DNA of 64,000 nt from Lachnospiraceae bacterium (GCA_045124315.1 JBGVLO010000009.1:5348-69347), one strand, 5' to 3'; positions 15,688 to 26,188 are shown, counted from the stretch's first letter. Notes: generated by a model from the sequence alone, not told the origin. Made by a program: numbers and translations.

Positions 15688-18267
15688 ATGGAACAATACA
15701 AAGTGACAGGAATGAGTTGTGCTGCCTGTAGCGCTCGCGTGGAGAAAGCAGTTGCGAAAGTTCGCGGTGTGAAATTCTGTTCTGTCAGCTTATTGACAAA
15801 TTCCATGGGGGTTGAGGGAACAGCAGATCCTGCAGCAATTATTAAAGCAGTTGAGGATGCCGGATACGGAGCGATGAAGAAAGAAACATCACGAAGAGGA
15901 GCAGTAGATGAGAGTTCTGTCGGGATGACAGCAGGAGAAACGGAAACAGATGTGATGGTAGAAGCTTCAGATATGCTAATCGATCAGGAAACGCCACTTT
16001 TAAAAAAGAGGTTGGAATTATCAATTGGATTCCTTGTTGTGCTCATGTACGTTTCTATGGGACATATGATGTGGGGATGGCCACTTCCCGCATTCTTTGA
16101 GGAGAATCATGTGGCCATGGGGCTTTTACAGATGATTCTTACCATTATCATAATGCATATTAATCAGAAGTTTTTTGTTAATGGATTCAAGAGCCTTACC
16201 CATGGCGCACCAAATATGGATACATTGGTGGCGCTTGGAGCGGGGGCATCTTTTGGATACAGTACCTATGCCCTTTTTGCAATGACTGATGCACAGGTAC
16301 ACCAAGATATGGCAGGCGTCATCTCCTATATGCATGAGTTCTATTTTGAATCTGCAGCGATGATCCTGACATTGATTACAGTGGGAAAGATGCTTGAAGC
16401 ACGCTCAAAGGGGAAGACCACAGACGCATTGAAGAGTCTGATGAAGCTTGCACCCAAGACGGCCACGTTAATTGTACATGGAAAAGAGCACAAAGTACCA
16501 GCCATACAGGTGAAAAAGGGAGATATATTTGTCGTTCGTCCAGGTGAGAGTATTCCCGTAGACGGTATAGTTATAGAAGGAAGCAGTGCAATTAATGAGG
16601 CTGCTTTGACCGGCGAGAGCATTCCGGTGGATAAAACAGTGGGAGATAAAGTGTCAGCGGCGACGGTTAATCAGTCAGGTTTTTTAAAATGTGAGGCAAC
16701 GAGAGTTGGTGAAGACACGACACTTTCCCAAATTATACAGATGGTAAGCGACGCAGCAGCAACCAAAGCACCGATTGCAAAGGTGGCCGACAAGGTATCT
16801 GGCGTGTTTGTTCCTATAGTTATTACAATTGCGGCCATTACAGTTTTTGTATGGCTTTTAGCTGGAGAGACAATAGGTTTTGCACTTGCCAGAGGAATAT
16901 CTGTTTTAGTTATTAGTTGTCCATGTGCATTGGGACTTGCTACTCCGGTTGCGATTATGGTTGGCAATGGTATGGGAGCGAAGAATGGTATTATGTTTAA
17001 GACTGCGGTTTCCCTAGAGGAGACCAGTAAAATGCAGATAGTGGCACTTGATAAAACTGGTACGATTACACAGGGGGAGCCTAGGGTGACAGATATGGTG
17101 CCGTTCAATGGTTATAGTGAACAGGAGTTACTGTTTTACGCGGAGGCGTTAGAGAGAAAGAGTGAGCATCCACTTGCAAAAGCAATTCTTTTGTATGCTG
17201 AGAAGAGGCGTAACGAGCAGGAATGTAAGGAGGACGAGAAGCTGCAGAATCAGGAAGTAACGGACTTTGTAGCTTTTCCGGGTAACGGCCTTACTGCTCG
17301 GTATGAGAATGCGGTGTTGTACGGCGGAAATCTGGAATTCATCAGTGAAAAAGCCAATGTGTCGGAAACCATAAGAACACGTGCCAAAAGCTTGGCGGCG
17401 GAAGGAAAAACACCGTTGTTTTTTGCAAAAGACGGAGAATTACTGGGAATAATTGCAGTGGCAGATGTCATTAAGGAGGATAGTCCACAGGCGGTAAAAG
17501 AGCTTCAGAATATGGGCATCCATGTGGTTATGTTGACTGGTGATAACGAGCACACAGCACAGGCAATTGGAAAGATTTCCGGTGTGGATGAGGTGATTGC
17601 AGGAGTACTTCCAGATGGAAAAGAACGCGTGATCCGTGATCTTCAGAAAAAAGGTAAGGTGGCCATGGTGGGAGACGGTATTAACGATGCACCGGCGCTT
17701 ACCCGGGCAGATATTGGAATTGCAATCGGCGCTGGAACAGATATTGCCATTGATGCAGCTGATGTGGTATTGATGAAGAGCCGTCTTTCCGATGTGCCTG
17801 GGGCTATCCGTTTAAGTCGTGCTACTCTTAAAAATATTCATGAAAACTTATTTTGGGCATTTATTTATAACATTATTGGAATTCCCCTGGCAGCCGGCGT
17901 GTGGATTCCAATATTCGGTTGGCAGCTCAATCCGATTTTCGGAGCTGTGGCCATGAGCTTATCCAGTTTCTGCGTGGTGACCAATGCATTGCGGCTGAAC
18001 CTGTTGAATATATATGATTCAAGGAAGGATAAGAAAAGAAAAAAGGAGATGAAAACCATGACAAAGACAATGAAAATCGAAGGTATGATGTGTGGACACT
18101 GTGAGGCAAGAGTGAAGAAATGTTTAGAGGAACTTCCTGAGGTAATTGAGGCAATAGTAAGTCATGAGAGCGGAACTGCGACTGTTATGTTGAATACTGA
18201 GGTCTCAGATGACGTGTTAAAACAGACAGTAGAGGCTCAGGATTATAAAGTGCTTTCTGTAGAGTAA
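15688..18267 (+). CDS. copA: Copper-translocating P1B-type ATPase with N-terminal and C-terminal HMA domains
   Basis: [12 protein letters not shown] (N-terminal HMA), TGES, CPC ([11 protein letters not shown]), DKTGT and GDGINDAP motifs, plus a C-terminal HMA ([13 protein letters not shown]). The start at 15688 has an upstream RBS. Confidence 0.95.
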   Translation: MEQYKVTGMSCAACSARVEKAVAKVRGVKFCSVSLLTNSMGVEGTADPAAIIKAVEDAGYGAMKKETSRRGAVDESSVGMTAGETETDVMVEASDMLIDQETPLLKKRLELSIGFLVVLMYVSMGHMMWGWPLPAFFEENHVAMGLLQMILTIIIMHINQKFFVNGFKSLTHGAPNMDTLVALGAGASFGYSTYALFAMTDAQVHQDMAGVISYMHEFYFESAAMILTLITVGKMLEARSKGKTTDALKSLMKLAPKTATLIVHGKEHKVPAIQVKKGDIFVVRPGESIPVDGIVIEGSSAINEAALTGESIPVDKTVGDKVSAATVNQSGFLKCEATRVGEDTTLSQIIQMVSDAAATKAPIAKVADKVSGVFVPIVITIAAITVFVWLLAGETIGFALARGISVLVISCPCALGLATPVAIMVGNGMGAKNGIMFKTAVSLEETSKMQIVALDKTGTITQGEPRVTDMVPFNGYSEQELLFYAEALERKSEHPLAKAILLYAEKRRNEQECKEDEKLQNQEVTDFVAFPGNGLTARYENAVLYGGNLEFISEKANVSETIRTRAKSLAAEGKTPLFFAKDGELLGIIAVADVIKEDSPQAVKELQNMGIHVVMLTGDNEHTAQAIGKISGVDEVIAGVLPDGKERVIRDLQKKGKVAMVGDGINDAPALTRADIGIAIGAGTDIAIDAADVVLMKSRLSDVPGAIRLSRATLKNIHENLFWAFIYNIIGIPLAAGVWIPIFGWQLNPIFGAVAMSLSSFCVVTNALRLNLLNIYDSRKDKKRKKEMKTMTKTMKIEGMMCGHCEARVKKCLEELPEVIEAIVSHESGTATVMLNTEVSDDVLKQTVEAQDYKVLSVE

Positions 18268-18750
18268 AATGACCAGCCAAGATGTTTATTATTGGCCATA
18301 TAATATATTCTGGCATTTTACGAATGGCACCCTCTGTATAGTAATGAATTTAGAGATTTAGGGAATGGGTGTACCGGTACACAAGAATTTCTTGTGTGCC
18401 CCCTTGAATTTATAAAAATTGCCCCTAGAAAAAGGGGGCAGTTTATGGTTAAATGTAACTATTCAGAAGTCTCAAAAAAGTAACAATTGGATACAATATG
18501 CTTGCATATGGGTAGCTGATTGTTACCTTTTAGAGGCACTCGAATAGTAATTAATAGACGATGGTGTCACATAGGTGGCTTCATTGTCTCTTTTTGTAAA
18601 GGGGGCATGATGTTGAAAAGACATAGTCATAGTTTGGACTACTATACATATATTTTAGGCATGAGAAATTGGGATTATGTTGATTTATTTTGTAGTGACA
18701 ATTGGACTTACTGTTTTTGTTTCATTTAGAAAAACTATATAATCAAACAA

Positions 18751-18784
18751 TTGTTACAGTTCACAGGTATGTGAACTGTAACAA
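18751..18784. repeat. Palindromic intergenic repeat, copy 1 (TTGTTACAGTTCACA-GGTA-TGTGAACTGTAACAA)
   Basis: Perfect 15-nt arms. Related copies are at 25969, 27255 and 37044. Confidence 0.85.
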
Positions 18785-18857
18785 ACAAAAAGAAATATCC
18801 TAAGAATTTAGAGGAATTAAAAGGCAGCCTGGTTTCGAAAAAAGGAGAGGAATAAAT

Positions 18858-18965
18858 ATGGCTTATTTTCCAGCATTTGTTAAGACGGACGGAAAAAAAT
18901 GTTTAGTAATAGGCGGTGGCAAGGTAGCATACCGAAAAGTAAAGATGTTTTTGGATTTCGGATAA
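18858..18965 (+). pseudogene. Precorrin-2 dehydrogenase/sirohydrochlorin ferrochelatase (SirC/CysG-N) N-terminal 35-codon remnant
   Basis: MAYFPAFVKTDGKKCLVIGGGKVAYRKVKMFLDFG then a stop. It has an RBS and the Rossmann GGGKVA motif, and nothing beyond. Confidence 0.6.
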
Positions 18966-19221
18966 CCCGCCCAGCAAAAAAAGAAAAGATTATCTAAAGA
19001 AGGCATGTGATATTTTTCTACAATACAAAGCACCGGATACCGTTTGTGGTTATGTAAAAAATATCGGTCGGGAAGGAGAGGAAATGAGCATTCTTTCCCT
19101 AAAAGAGCTGGCTGATACAGAGGTGGATATGTTTACTACTGTTTTTATTGGTAATTCAAATACGAAGATACTTCGTGAAAAGATGATAACACCTAGAGGA
19201 TATCAGATAGAAGGGAAGTAA
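18961..19221 (+). pseudogene. cbiH: Precorrin-3B C17-methyltransferase (CbiH) C-terminal remnant
   Basis: The frame reads NPPSKKRKDYLKKACDIFL...VCGYVKNIGREGEEMSILSLKELADTEVDMFTTVFIGNSNTKILREKMITPRGY. It has no start codon and abuts the sirC remnant. Confidence 0.65.
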
Positions 19222-19228
19222 TTGTCTT

Positions 19229-20389
19229 ATGAAAAAAATTTTCATAGTTGGAATTGGAATGGGTTCCCAGGACGGAATTACGGTAGAGGCGAGAAATGCA
19301 ATTGAGTACTGTCAGCAGACCCATACACCGGTAATTCTGATACTTCCGGCAAAAGGAAGGGCGATTTCTGTGTTAGCAGAACTGCAGGGCTTCTTGGAAT
19401 TTCGGAAGGATCATACAATCAAGGGTGTGATCCTAAATGGAATCAGTCCCATGTCCGGTAAGATCCTAAAAGAAAAAATTGAACAGGAGTTTGATGTGAA
19501 AGTATATGGATGTGTGCCCACACTGGAAAATTTTCAGTTGGAAAGCAGACATTTAGGACTGGTGACACCTTATGAGCTGGAAAATTTAGAGCAGGAATTG
19601 GACAATCTTGGAGCAGACATGGAGCAGTATCTGGATATAGATGGGATTTTCGCATTGGCACATACCGCATCTGATTTAGACAGCGATTGTCCAGACGGAA
19701 TCAAAAAAATTTATGAAAAGCAAAAAGATGCAATTGCAAGTATAAAATCTGCCAAGTTAAGAATAGGTGTTGCGAGAGATTTGGCATTTTGCTTTTACTA
19801 CAAGGATAATTTGGAATTTCTGAAAGAAATGGGTTGTGAGATCGTACCTTTTAGTCCGTTACAGGATTCGGAACTTCCAAAGCAACTGGATGCAGTGATT
19901 TTTGGTGGTGGGTATCCGGAAATCTATGCCAGACAATTATCTGAAAATCAATCCATGCGGGAGAGCGTGTATGGGGAATTGTCGGAGGGGCTTTGTTGTA
20001 TGGCGGAATGCGGCGGTTTTATGTATCTTCATGAGCAGATGGAGGACCAGACAAAACAAGCGTATCCTATGGTTGGCTTTATAAAAGGTAAGACAGAGAA
20101 AAAAGAGCGGCTAGTTCGATTTGGTTATGCAGAGTTGAGTGCACAGGAGAGAAATCCTTTTCTGATGGAAGAAGAACGGATCAAAGCCCATGAATTTCAC
20201 TACTGGGACAGTGACAATAACGGCAATGCGTGGAGGGCAACAAAGCCTTCCGGTAATAGAAGCTGGGAATGTATGCATGTGACAGATACCATGCTTGCGG
20301 GATATCCTCATTTGTATTTTTATTCCAATTTACAAGTTCCCATTCGTTTTTTGCAACGCTGTGTAGAGCAAAGAAAAGAAAGAGGGTGA
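19229..20389 (+). pseudogene. cbiA: Chimeric ORF: tetrapyrrole-methylase-type N-terminus (about 30 aa) fused to cobyrinate a,c-diamide synthase (CbiA) lacking its ATP-binding N-terminal region
   Basis: MKKIFIVGIGMGSQDGITVEARNAI resembles the start of a CbiE/CbiH-type methylase. From PVILILPAKG...GVILNGIS...SRHLGLV onward the ORF is CbiA, including the glutaminase domain CGGFMYL. The CbiA P-loop region is absent. Confidence 0.7.
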
Positions 20390-20394
20390 AGCAG

Positions 20395-20922
20395 ATGCTT
20401 ACCGTAGTCTGTGGAGGAAGTGGTAGTGGGAAATCGGAATATGCCGAGAATATCATTACTGCATATAAGAAAAACTTTCCCAAGAATCAATTGATATATA
20501 TTGCCACTATGATGGGAAACGATGAAGAAACCAAGCAAAAGATTCATCGCCATCGTATGATGCGTAAAGACAAAGGCTTTGAAACCATAGAGTGTTTTTT
20601 TGATCTGAAAAATGTTACTGTGGAGGAAGACAGTATCGTACTTTTGGATTGCCTTTCTAATTTAGTAAGTAATGAATGTTTTGCGGAAGGCGGCGCAGGA
20701 GATCGGACTGCAGAGATGGTTTACAAAGGCGTAAAAAAATTAAACAGCAGTTGTAAGCATCTGGTGATTGTTACCAACGATGTGTTTGGAGATTCCATTG
20801 CCTACGACGAGTATACCCGATGGTTTATCAAGGTAATTGGAGATTTGAATTGTAAAATAGCTACCTTGGCAGACCAGGTGGTCGAAGTGGTGTGCGGGAT
20901 TCCCATACAGCATAAAGTATAG
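20395..20922 (+). CDS. cobU: Adenosylcobinamide kinase / adenosylcobinamide-phosphate guanylyltransferase
   Basis: P-loop VVCGGSGSGKSEYAE, followed by IYIAT...HRHRMMR and a conserved C-terminal half. ATG at 20395. Confidence 0.9.
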   Translation: MLTVVCGGSGSGKSEYAENIITAYKKNFPKNQLIYIATMMGNDEETKQKIHRHRMMRKDKGFETIECFFDLKNVTVEEDSIVLLDCLSNLVSNECFAEGGAGDRTAEMVYKGVKKLNSSCKHLVIVTNDVFGDSIAYDEYTRWFIKVIGDLNCKIATLADQVVEVVCGIPIQHKV

Positions 20923-20941
20923 GTTATGATTCAGGAAAGAG

Positions 20942-21706
20942 GTGATTCTGGTGATACAGTCATTGATTATTGCATTTGCAATGTATTCGAAGATACCCAT
21001 GCCAAGGGTCGATTGGAATAAGAAAAATATGAGATACGCCCTTTGTTTTTTTCCAATGGTGGGAGCGGTAATCGGTCTTGCGCTTTGGGGGTGTGTCAGA
21101 TTATGTGAGATTGGAAATATGAATGGTTTCTTTACTTCTGTTCTACTTACTATTTTGCCAATCATACTAACTGGCGGTATTCATATGGATGGCTTTTTGG
21201 ATACAGTGGATGCGTTAAGTTCCAATGCAAGTAAAGAGAGAAAATTAGAAATATTAAAGGATTCCAATTCGGGTGCCTTTGCAATTACGTTTGGTATCGT
21301 TTACCTTTTGTCGTATGTAGCTGTGTTAACGGAATTTGACTGGAGAGCACTTCCGGAATTTGCGTTATCCTTTGTGATGATACGAACACTGAGCGGATTC
21401 AGTATTGCAAGCTTTCCTCTGGCACGTAATACAGGGCTTGCAGCAACTTTCCAGGATCATGCACAGAAAAGAAATGCCACTATTATATTACTGGCAATGT
21501 TTTTGGTGGAAAACGGTATTCTATTCTACTTTGATATGATTTTAGGAGGAATTACCTTAGCAACCTTATTGATGATGTTTGGTTATCACTATTATGTTTG
21601 CAGAACCAAGTTTGGAGGCATTACTGGTGACCTTGCCGGTTTCTTTTTGCAAATGAGTGAATTGGCAGTTGCATTTACTCTGATGATAGGATGCAGGGTG
21701 TTTTAG
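20942..21706 (+). CDS. cobS: Adenosylcobinamide-GDP ribazoletransferase (cobalamin synthase)
   Basis: Polytopic membrane protein with YSKIPMP, GGIHMDGFLDTVDAL and GGITGDLAG motifs. The start is GTG at 20942 or 20951. Confidence 0.9.
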   Translation: MILVIQSLIIAFAMYSKIPMPRVDWNKKNMRYALCFFPMVGAVIGLALWGCVRLCEIGNMNGFFTSVLLTILPIILTGGIHMDGFLDTVDALSSNASKERKLEILKDSNSGAFAITFGIVYLLSYVAVLTEFDWRALPEFALSFVMIRTLSGFSIASFPLARNTGLAATFQDHAQKRNATIILLAMFLVENGILFYFDMILGGITLATLLMMFGYHYYVCRTKFGGITGDLAGFFLQMSELAVAFTLMIGCRVF

Positions 21707-21739
21707 TTACTGGAACAATATAAAAGAAGGATGGTCTTT

Positions 21740-22141
21740 ATGAAAAAAATATTAATAATAGGTGGAAAATGTCAGGGAAAGACAAAATGGACACAAGAAA
21801 ATTTTCCTGAGTATAAGAATGAGTCAGCAGAAGAATTGCTAAAAGAGAATCGGCGGGGAAGAGTAAAAGGAAAAGTATGGATCAATGGATTTCATTTGTA
21901 TATGAAACAATGGTTAAGGGCAAAAGAGGATTACAAAGAAAAGACGAAGCTTTTGGTAGAGAATCCTTCCTGGATTATTGTAAGTGACGAAATTGGTTCG
22001 GGAATTGTTCCCATGGATAAGGAAGAACGGGAATGGAGAGAAGAGACCGGACGTATGTTATGCAAGATTGCAGAACAGGCAGATGAAGTATACCGTGTAT
22101 TCTGTGGAATACCAACCATGATAAAGGGAAGTGATGTATGA
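21740..22141 (+). CDS. Short CobU-like paralogue (atypical P-loop, central region missing)
   Basis: GGKCQGKT near the N-terminus and a C-terminal half (IIVSDEIGSGIVPMDKEEREWREETGRMLCKIAEQADEVYRVFCGIP) match the CobU family. The region carrying the guanylyl-His of CobU is not present. Confidence 0.55.
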   Translation: MKKILIIGGKCQGKTKWTQENFPEYKNESAEELLKENRRGRVKGKVWINGFHLYMKQWLRAKEDYKEKTKLLVENPSWIIVSDEIGSGIVPMDKEEREWREETGRMLCKIAEQADEVYRVFCGIPTMIKGSDV

Positions 22142-23115
22142 TGCAATATTCTTTGTACTCTTGTTTGATCGGATTTCTGTTAGATTTGCTGATAGGTGAT
22201 CCTCAATGGTTTCGCTGGCATCCGATTCGATTGATTGGTCAGTGGATTGATATGTGCGAAAAAATTGTGAGAAAGTGCTTTGGAACAAAAGATAAGCAGT
22301 TATTTGTGGCTGGTATTGTGCTAGCCGTTATGGTGATGGTAGTATCAACGGGGCTTCCCTTACTGCTCCTGATCGTCTGTTATCGAATCCATGTACTGTT
22401 GGGAATTGGGATAGAGAGCATTCTGTGCTATTTTGTCTATGCAACGAAATCTTTGAAAACGGAGAGTATGAAGGTGTATGAGGCATTGGAGACAAAAGAT
22501 ATACAGGAATCCAGAAGAGCCGTTTCTATGATCGTGGGAAGAGATGTGGATCGGCTGGATGAGACAGGGGTTGCAAAAGCTGCGGTAGAGACGGTAGCAG
22601 AAAATACATCGGATGGTGTGATCGCCCCTATTTTTTATACCATGCTTGGTGGACCAGTTGCAGGTTTTCTTTATAAATCCATCAATACTATGGATTCCAT
22701 GATTGGTTACAAGAATGAGAAATACATGTATTTAGGAAGATTTGCAGCAAAGCTGGACGATGTGGTCAACTTTATACCTGCAAGAGTAAGCGCATTTCTC
22801 ATGTTACTTGCAGCAGCAATTTCGCCAGAGATGGACGCAAAAGAGGCGTGGCACATATACAAAAGGGATCGAAAAAAAAGCTCCAGTCCAAATGCAGGAC
22901 AGACAGAGGCTGTATGTGCAGGGGCCTTACATATCCAGATCTTAGGACCTGCATACTATTTTGGCGTATTACATGAGAAACCAAGTATTGGTGAGGCACT
23001 GAAACCGGTAGAGCCACTTACCATAAAGAAGGTAAATCAATTGATGTACCGGACGGCCTGGCTTGCGGTATTTCTGTTTCCTTTTATTAAGTGGGGAGTC
23101 ATCTGTCTTTTTTAG
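22138..23115 (+). CDS. cbiB: Adenosylcobinamide-phosphate synthase (CbiB/CobD family)
   Basis: LLDLLIGDPQWFRWHPIRLIG N-terminal signature in a membrane protein; its start overlaps the previous stop. Confidence 0.9.
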   Translation: MMQYSLYSCLIGFLLDLLIGDPQWFRWHPIRLIGQWIDMCEKIVRKCFGTKDKQLFVAGIVLAVMVMVVSTGLPLLLLIVCYRIHVLLGIGIESILCYFVYATKSLKTESMKVYEALETKDIQESRRAVSMIVGRDVDRLDETGVAKAAVETVAENTSDGVIAPIFYTMLGGPVAGFLYKSINTMDSMIGYKNEKYMYLGRFAAKLDDVVNFIPARVSAFLMLLAAAISPEMDAKEAWHIYKRDRKKSSSPNAGQTEAVCAGALHIQILGPAYYFGVLHEKPSIGEALKPVEPLTIKKVNQLMYRTAWLAVFLFPFIKWGVICLF

Positions 23116-23203
23116 AAGAGATACTCGCAGGGCAACCCTTTCATAAAAGTGCAAGGTTTAAGTAAATGACATTGGTTCACAGGTTAGAAAGGATGGTTGT
23201 AAT

Positions 23204-24238
23204 ATGAAGTATGGACATGGAGGAGATATCTATAGCTATCCTCAGTTAGTGGATTTTTCCGCAAATATAAATCCATTTGGAACATCCGGTGAAGTGATTG
23301 AAGCAATCAAAAAAGCGGCAGAACATGTTGCACCTTATCCGGATTTTTACTGTAGAAAATTGCGTGATGCAATTGCAAATGCGGAAGAGATTGAATCAGA
23401 AAAGATAATTTGTGGCAATGGGGCGGCAGATCTGATCTATCGGTTTGTGGCAGCAATAAAGCCACAGAAAGCATTGCTTGCGGTACCTTGTTTTTCTGAG
23501 TATGAACAGGCATTGCGGAGTGTGGGATGTGAAGTGGAGTATTACAAACTGGATTCCCAGACTTTTACTTTGACAGAGAAGTTTCTGGAAGCATTGACTG
23601 AGCAAGTGGATATAATCTGTCTCTGTACACCAAACAATCCAACGGGGATCAGTATTCCAGAGAAATTATTAGAGAAGATTATAAAAAGGTGTAAGGAAAA
23701 AAATATCGCCTTTTTATTAGATGAATGTTTTCGGGACTTTGTAGGGGAAGAAAAGCAGTTTCTTCCATATAAAGACAGGAAACACTACGATAAGATGTTA
23801 ACCTTGCGGGCATTTACGAAAATGTATGGATTAGCCGGAATTCGTTTGGGATATGGTTTTTGTGAGAATGCGCAATTGTTGGAACAGATGCAGCTTTGTG
23901 GTCCACCGTGGAATGTGTCAACAGTAGCCCAGGAAGCGGGGCTTGCAGCACTAGGTCTTACAGACTTCCCAGAAAAGATACGAAGGTATATTGAGAAGCA
24001 AAAAGAGTATTTGTATACAGAATTAAAACAAATGAATCTTATGGTATGGAAATCTGATGCAAATTATTTGTTTTTTAAAGCAGAGAAACAATTAAAAGAG
24101 AAAATGATAAAACAGGGCTTTCTTATACGGGACTGTAGCAATTATACAGGATTACAGGCGGGCTATTATCGAATAGCCGTAAAGACAGAAGAGGAAAATA
24201 AGAGACTGGTCACGGCTCTTAAGAATTCACTTAGTTAG
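23204..24238 (+). CDS. cobD: L-threonine-O-3-phosphate decarboxylase (class I/II aminotransferase fold)
   Basis: HGGDIY...DFSANINPFG start and the PLP-lysine context RAFTKMYGLAGIRLGY. The position between cbiB and cbiP is the usual one. Confidence 0.85.
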   Translation: MKYGHGGDIYSYPQLVDFSANINPFGTSGEVIEAIKKAAEHVAPYPDFYCRKLRDAIANAEEIESEKIICGNGAADLIYRFVAAIKPQKALLAVPCFSEYEQALRSVGCEVEYYKLDSQTFTLTEKFLEALTEQVDIICLCTPNNPTGISIPEKLLEKIIKRCKEKNIAFLLDECFRDFVGEEKQFLPYKDRKHYDKMLTLRAFTKMYGLAGIRLGYGFCENAQLLEQMQLCGPPWNVSTVAQEAGLAALGLTDFPEKIRRYIEKQKEYLYTELKQMNLMVWKSDANYLFFKAEKQLKEKMIKQGFLIRDCSNYTGLQAGYYRIAVKTEEENKRLVTALKNSLS

Positions 24239-24250
24239 GAGGAATAAGAT

Positions 24251-24986
24251 ATGGCAAAAGCAAAGTCTATTATGATACAGGGTACTATGTCAAATGCAGG
24301 AAAAAGTTTATTGGCCGGAGGTTTGTGCAGAGTTTTTATGCAGGATGGACTTAAGACCACACCGTTTAAGTCACAAAATATGGCTTTGAATTCTTTTATT
24401 ACAAAAGAAGGACTGGAAATGGGAAGAGCACAGGTAATGCAGGCAGAGGCTGCTGGAATCGAACCAAGAGCAATTATGAATCCTATCTTATTAAAACCTA
24501 CAAACGATACGGGTTCACAGGTTATCGTAAATGGAGAAGTCTATGGAACTATGTCAGCAATGGAGTATTATCAGAAGAAAGAACAGTTTGTGCCGGCGGT
24601 ATTAGATGCCTATCATCAGTTAGAAGATGAATTTGATATGATTGTCATTAGAAGGATATGAGATTCATATGGGTGAAACGGAACTTAAGTCCGGCACTTC
24701 CTCTCTGACTACGATCAGTAATATCATTGACAATGGAAAAGAAACAGCGGATGGCGCACAGAATGAAAATGTATATGGAAGTTATGTGCATGGAATTTTT
24801 GATTCCGATGAAGTGGTAAAAACCATTGTGGCTTCTGTCTTAGAGGAAAAGGGATTGGATTGCAGCAAGGTAAATGCCTTCCAGTTAACCAATTATAAAG
24901 AAAAGCAATATGACGCATTAGCAAAGGCAGTTCGCCTGGCATTGGATATGGAACAGGTTTATAAGATTGTGGATGCCGGTATGTAA
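24251..24986 (+). pseudogene. cbiP: Cobyric acid synthase (CbiP/CobQ) with a large internal deletion and frameshift
   Basis: The N-terminal 130 aa ([21 protein letters not shown]...) and the C-terminal 110 aa (GYEIHMGET...YVHGIFDSDE) are in different frames, joined at about 24645. The central roughly 250 aa is absent. Confidence 0.8.
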
Positions 24987-24998
24987 GGAGGTACGGAT

Positions 24999-25682
24999 AT
25001 GGAGAAGATTTTATTGGGGCAGGTATTGCCAAGAGATATTGAAAAGAGAAGCTTTGAGATTATCACAGAAGAGCTGGGAGACCGAAAGTTCCCTAAAGAT
25101 CAGGAAAGTATTATCAAACGGGTGATCCATACCTCCGCAGATTTTGATTATGCAGATAATTTATGTTTTTCTGAGAATGCGGTTGCTTTGGCAAAACAGG
25201 CAATTATGGATGGCGCCTGTATCGTAACCGACACACAGATGGCAAAGGCGGGAATTAATAAGAGATCCTTAAAGAAGTTTGGTGGGGAAGCCGATTGTAA
25301 GGAATGTGGTATTACGGAAGAAGATTCTCGAAAAAAAATGGAGCATATGTGGAATACCATGTATCAGGCAAGTTGTGCTTATGAAGGGAATCTTCGGTCG
25401 AAAAGTGGCTTTGTTGGTGGAGATGGAGAACGCATAAAGCAGTATGTGGATACCAACGATTCCTATGCAGGGGCTATGAATGCAATAGCAGCCGCAGATA
25501 TGGCTTTGGCAGGTGTGGAAAGTCGCATTCCTGTAGATCAGGTGATAGATGCCATGAGAGAAATTGGGGATGCTATGCCAATGCAGTACAAAGAAACTGC
25601 CTGTGGCGGATGTGCAGCCACGGAATGGGCAAAACAGGCAGAGGGGAATATGAGAAATGTGAATGAAGGGTCAAAAAGTTAG
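24999..25682 (+). pseudogene. cbiC: Chimeric ORF: precorrin-8X methylmutase (CbiC) N-terminal half fused to an L-serine dehydratase alpha-chain-like C-terminus
   Basis: Residues 1-100 (IEKRSFEIITEEL...RVIHTSADFDYADNL...IVTDTQMAKAGI) are CbiC. The tail AMNAIAAADMALAGVESRIPVDQVIDAMREIGDAMPMQYKETACGG matches the conserved end of the iron-sulfur serine dehydratase alpha subunit. Confidence 0.6.
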
Positions 25683-25697
25683 GAGTGAAAAATTCAT

Positions 25698-25964
25698 ATG
25701 AAAGAAAAAAATAGTGCATCCTTTTTTCAGAACAGCGAATGCGAATACTTTCCATGTCACCAGGGGGCAAATAAGGAGAATTTCAATTGTCTCTTTTGTT
25801 ATTGCCCATTGTATGCTTTAGGAAAAGACTGTGGAGGTAATTTTTCGTACACCTCCAAAGGGATCAAAGATTGCACCAATTGTTTGGTGCCTCATGGACC
25901 AAAGAGCACAGAGTATATAAAGAAAAAGTTTCCAGAGTTAGTAGAAAGAATCAAACAGTTATAA
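25698..25964 (+). CDS. Cysteine-rich small domain protein (cobalamin-cluster associated, function unknown)
   Basis: 88 aa with CEYFPCH...CLFCYCPLY...CGG...CTNCLVPH, the pattern of the cysteine-rich small domain family that recurs in cob/cbi clusters. Confidence 0.75.
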   Translation: MKEKNSASFFQNSECEYFPCHQGANKENFNCLFCYCPLYALGKDCGGNFSYTSKGIKDCTNCLVPHGPKSTEYIKKKFPELVERIKQL

Positions 25965-25968
25965 TCGT

Positions 25969-25992
25969 GTTCACATACCTGTGAACTGTAAC
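25969..25992. repeat. Palindromic intergenic repeat, copy 2 (GTTCACA-TACC-TGTGAACTGTAAC), flanked by direct ATAATCGT
   Basis: Same core as copy 1 in the opposite loop orientation. The left arm is shortened, and an 8-nt direct repeat ATAATCGT lies on both sides (25961-25968 and 25993-26000). Confidence 0.8.
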
Positions 25993-26188
25993 ATAATCGT
26001 CTGTCACAGCGAAAAAGATAGAATTGTCCCTTTTCCCACCGAAAAAAGAGAATATAATTAATAAAATAGAAGCGAATCACAAGGGAGATGTACCAACATC
26101 TCTCTTACTTTATTTGAAGAATAGTTGAGAACAAGAATAAAAAGTCCTGTATAATAGATATACAGAATATAAGAAAAGGGGATGCCAT

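Noticed and set aside
18450-18750. Possible third, decayed B12 riboswitch upstream of the sirC remnant (the ancestral cbi operon leader)
   Set aside because: There is no B12 box (AGTCAGGA…), no GCCACTG block and no GGTG…AATCC block in this interval. The 69-aa ORF at 18520-18729 has no coding character.
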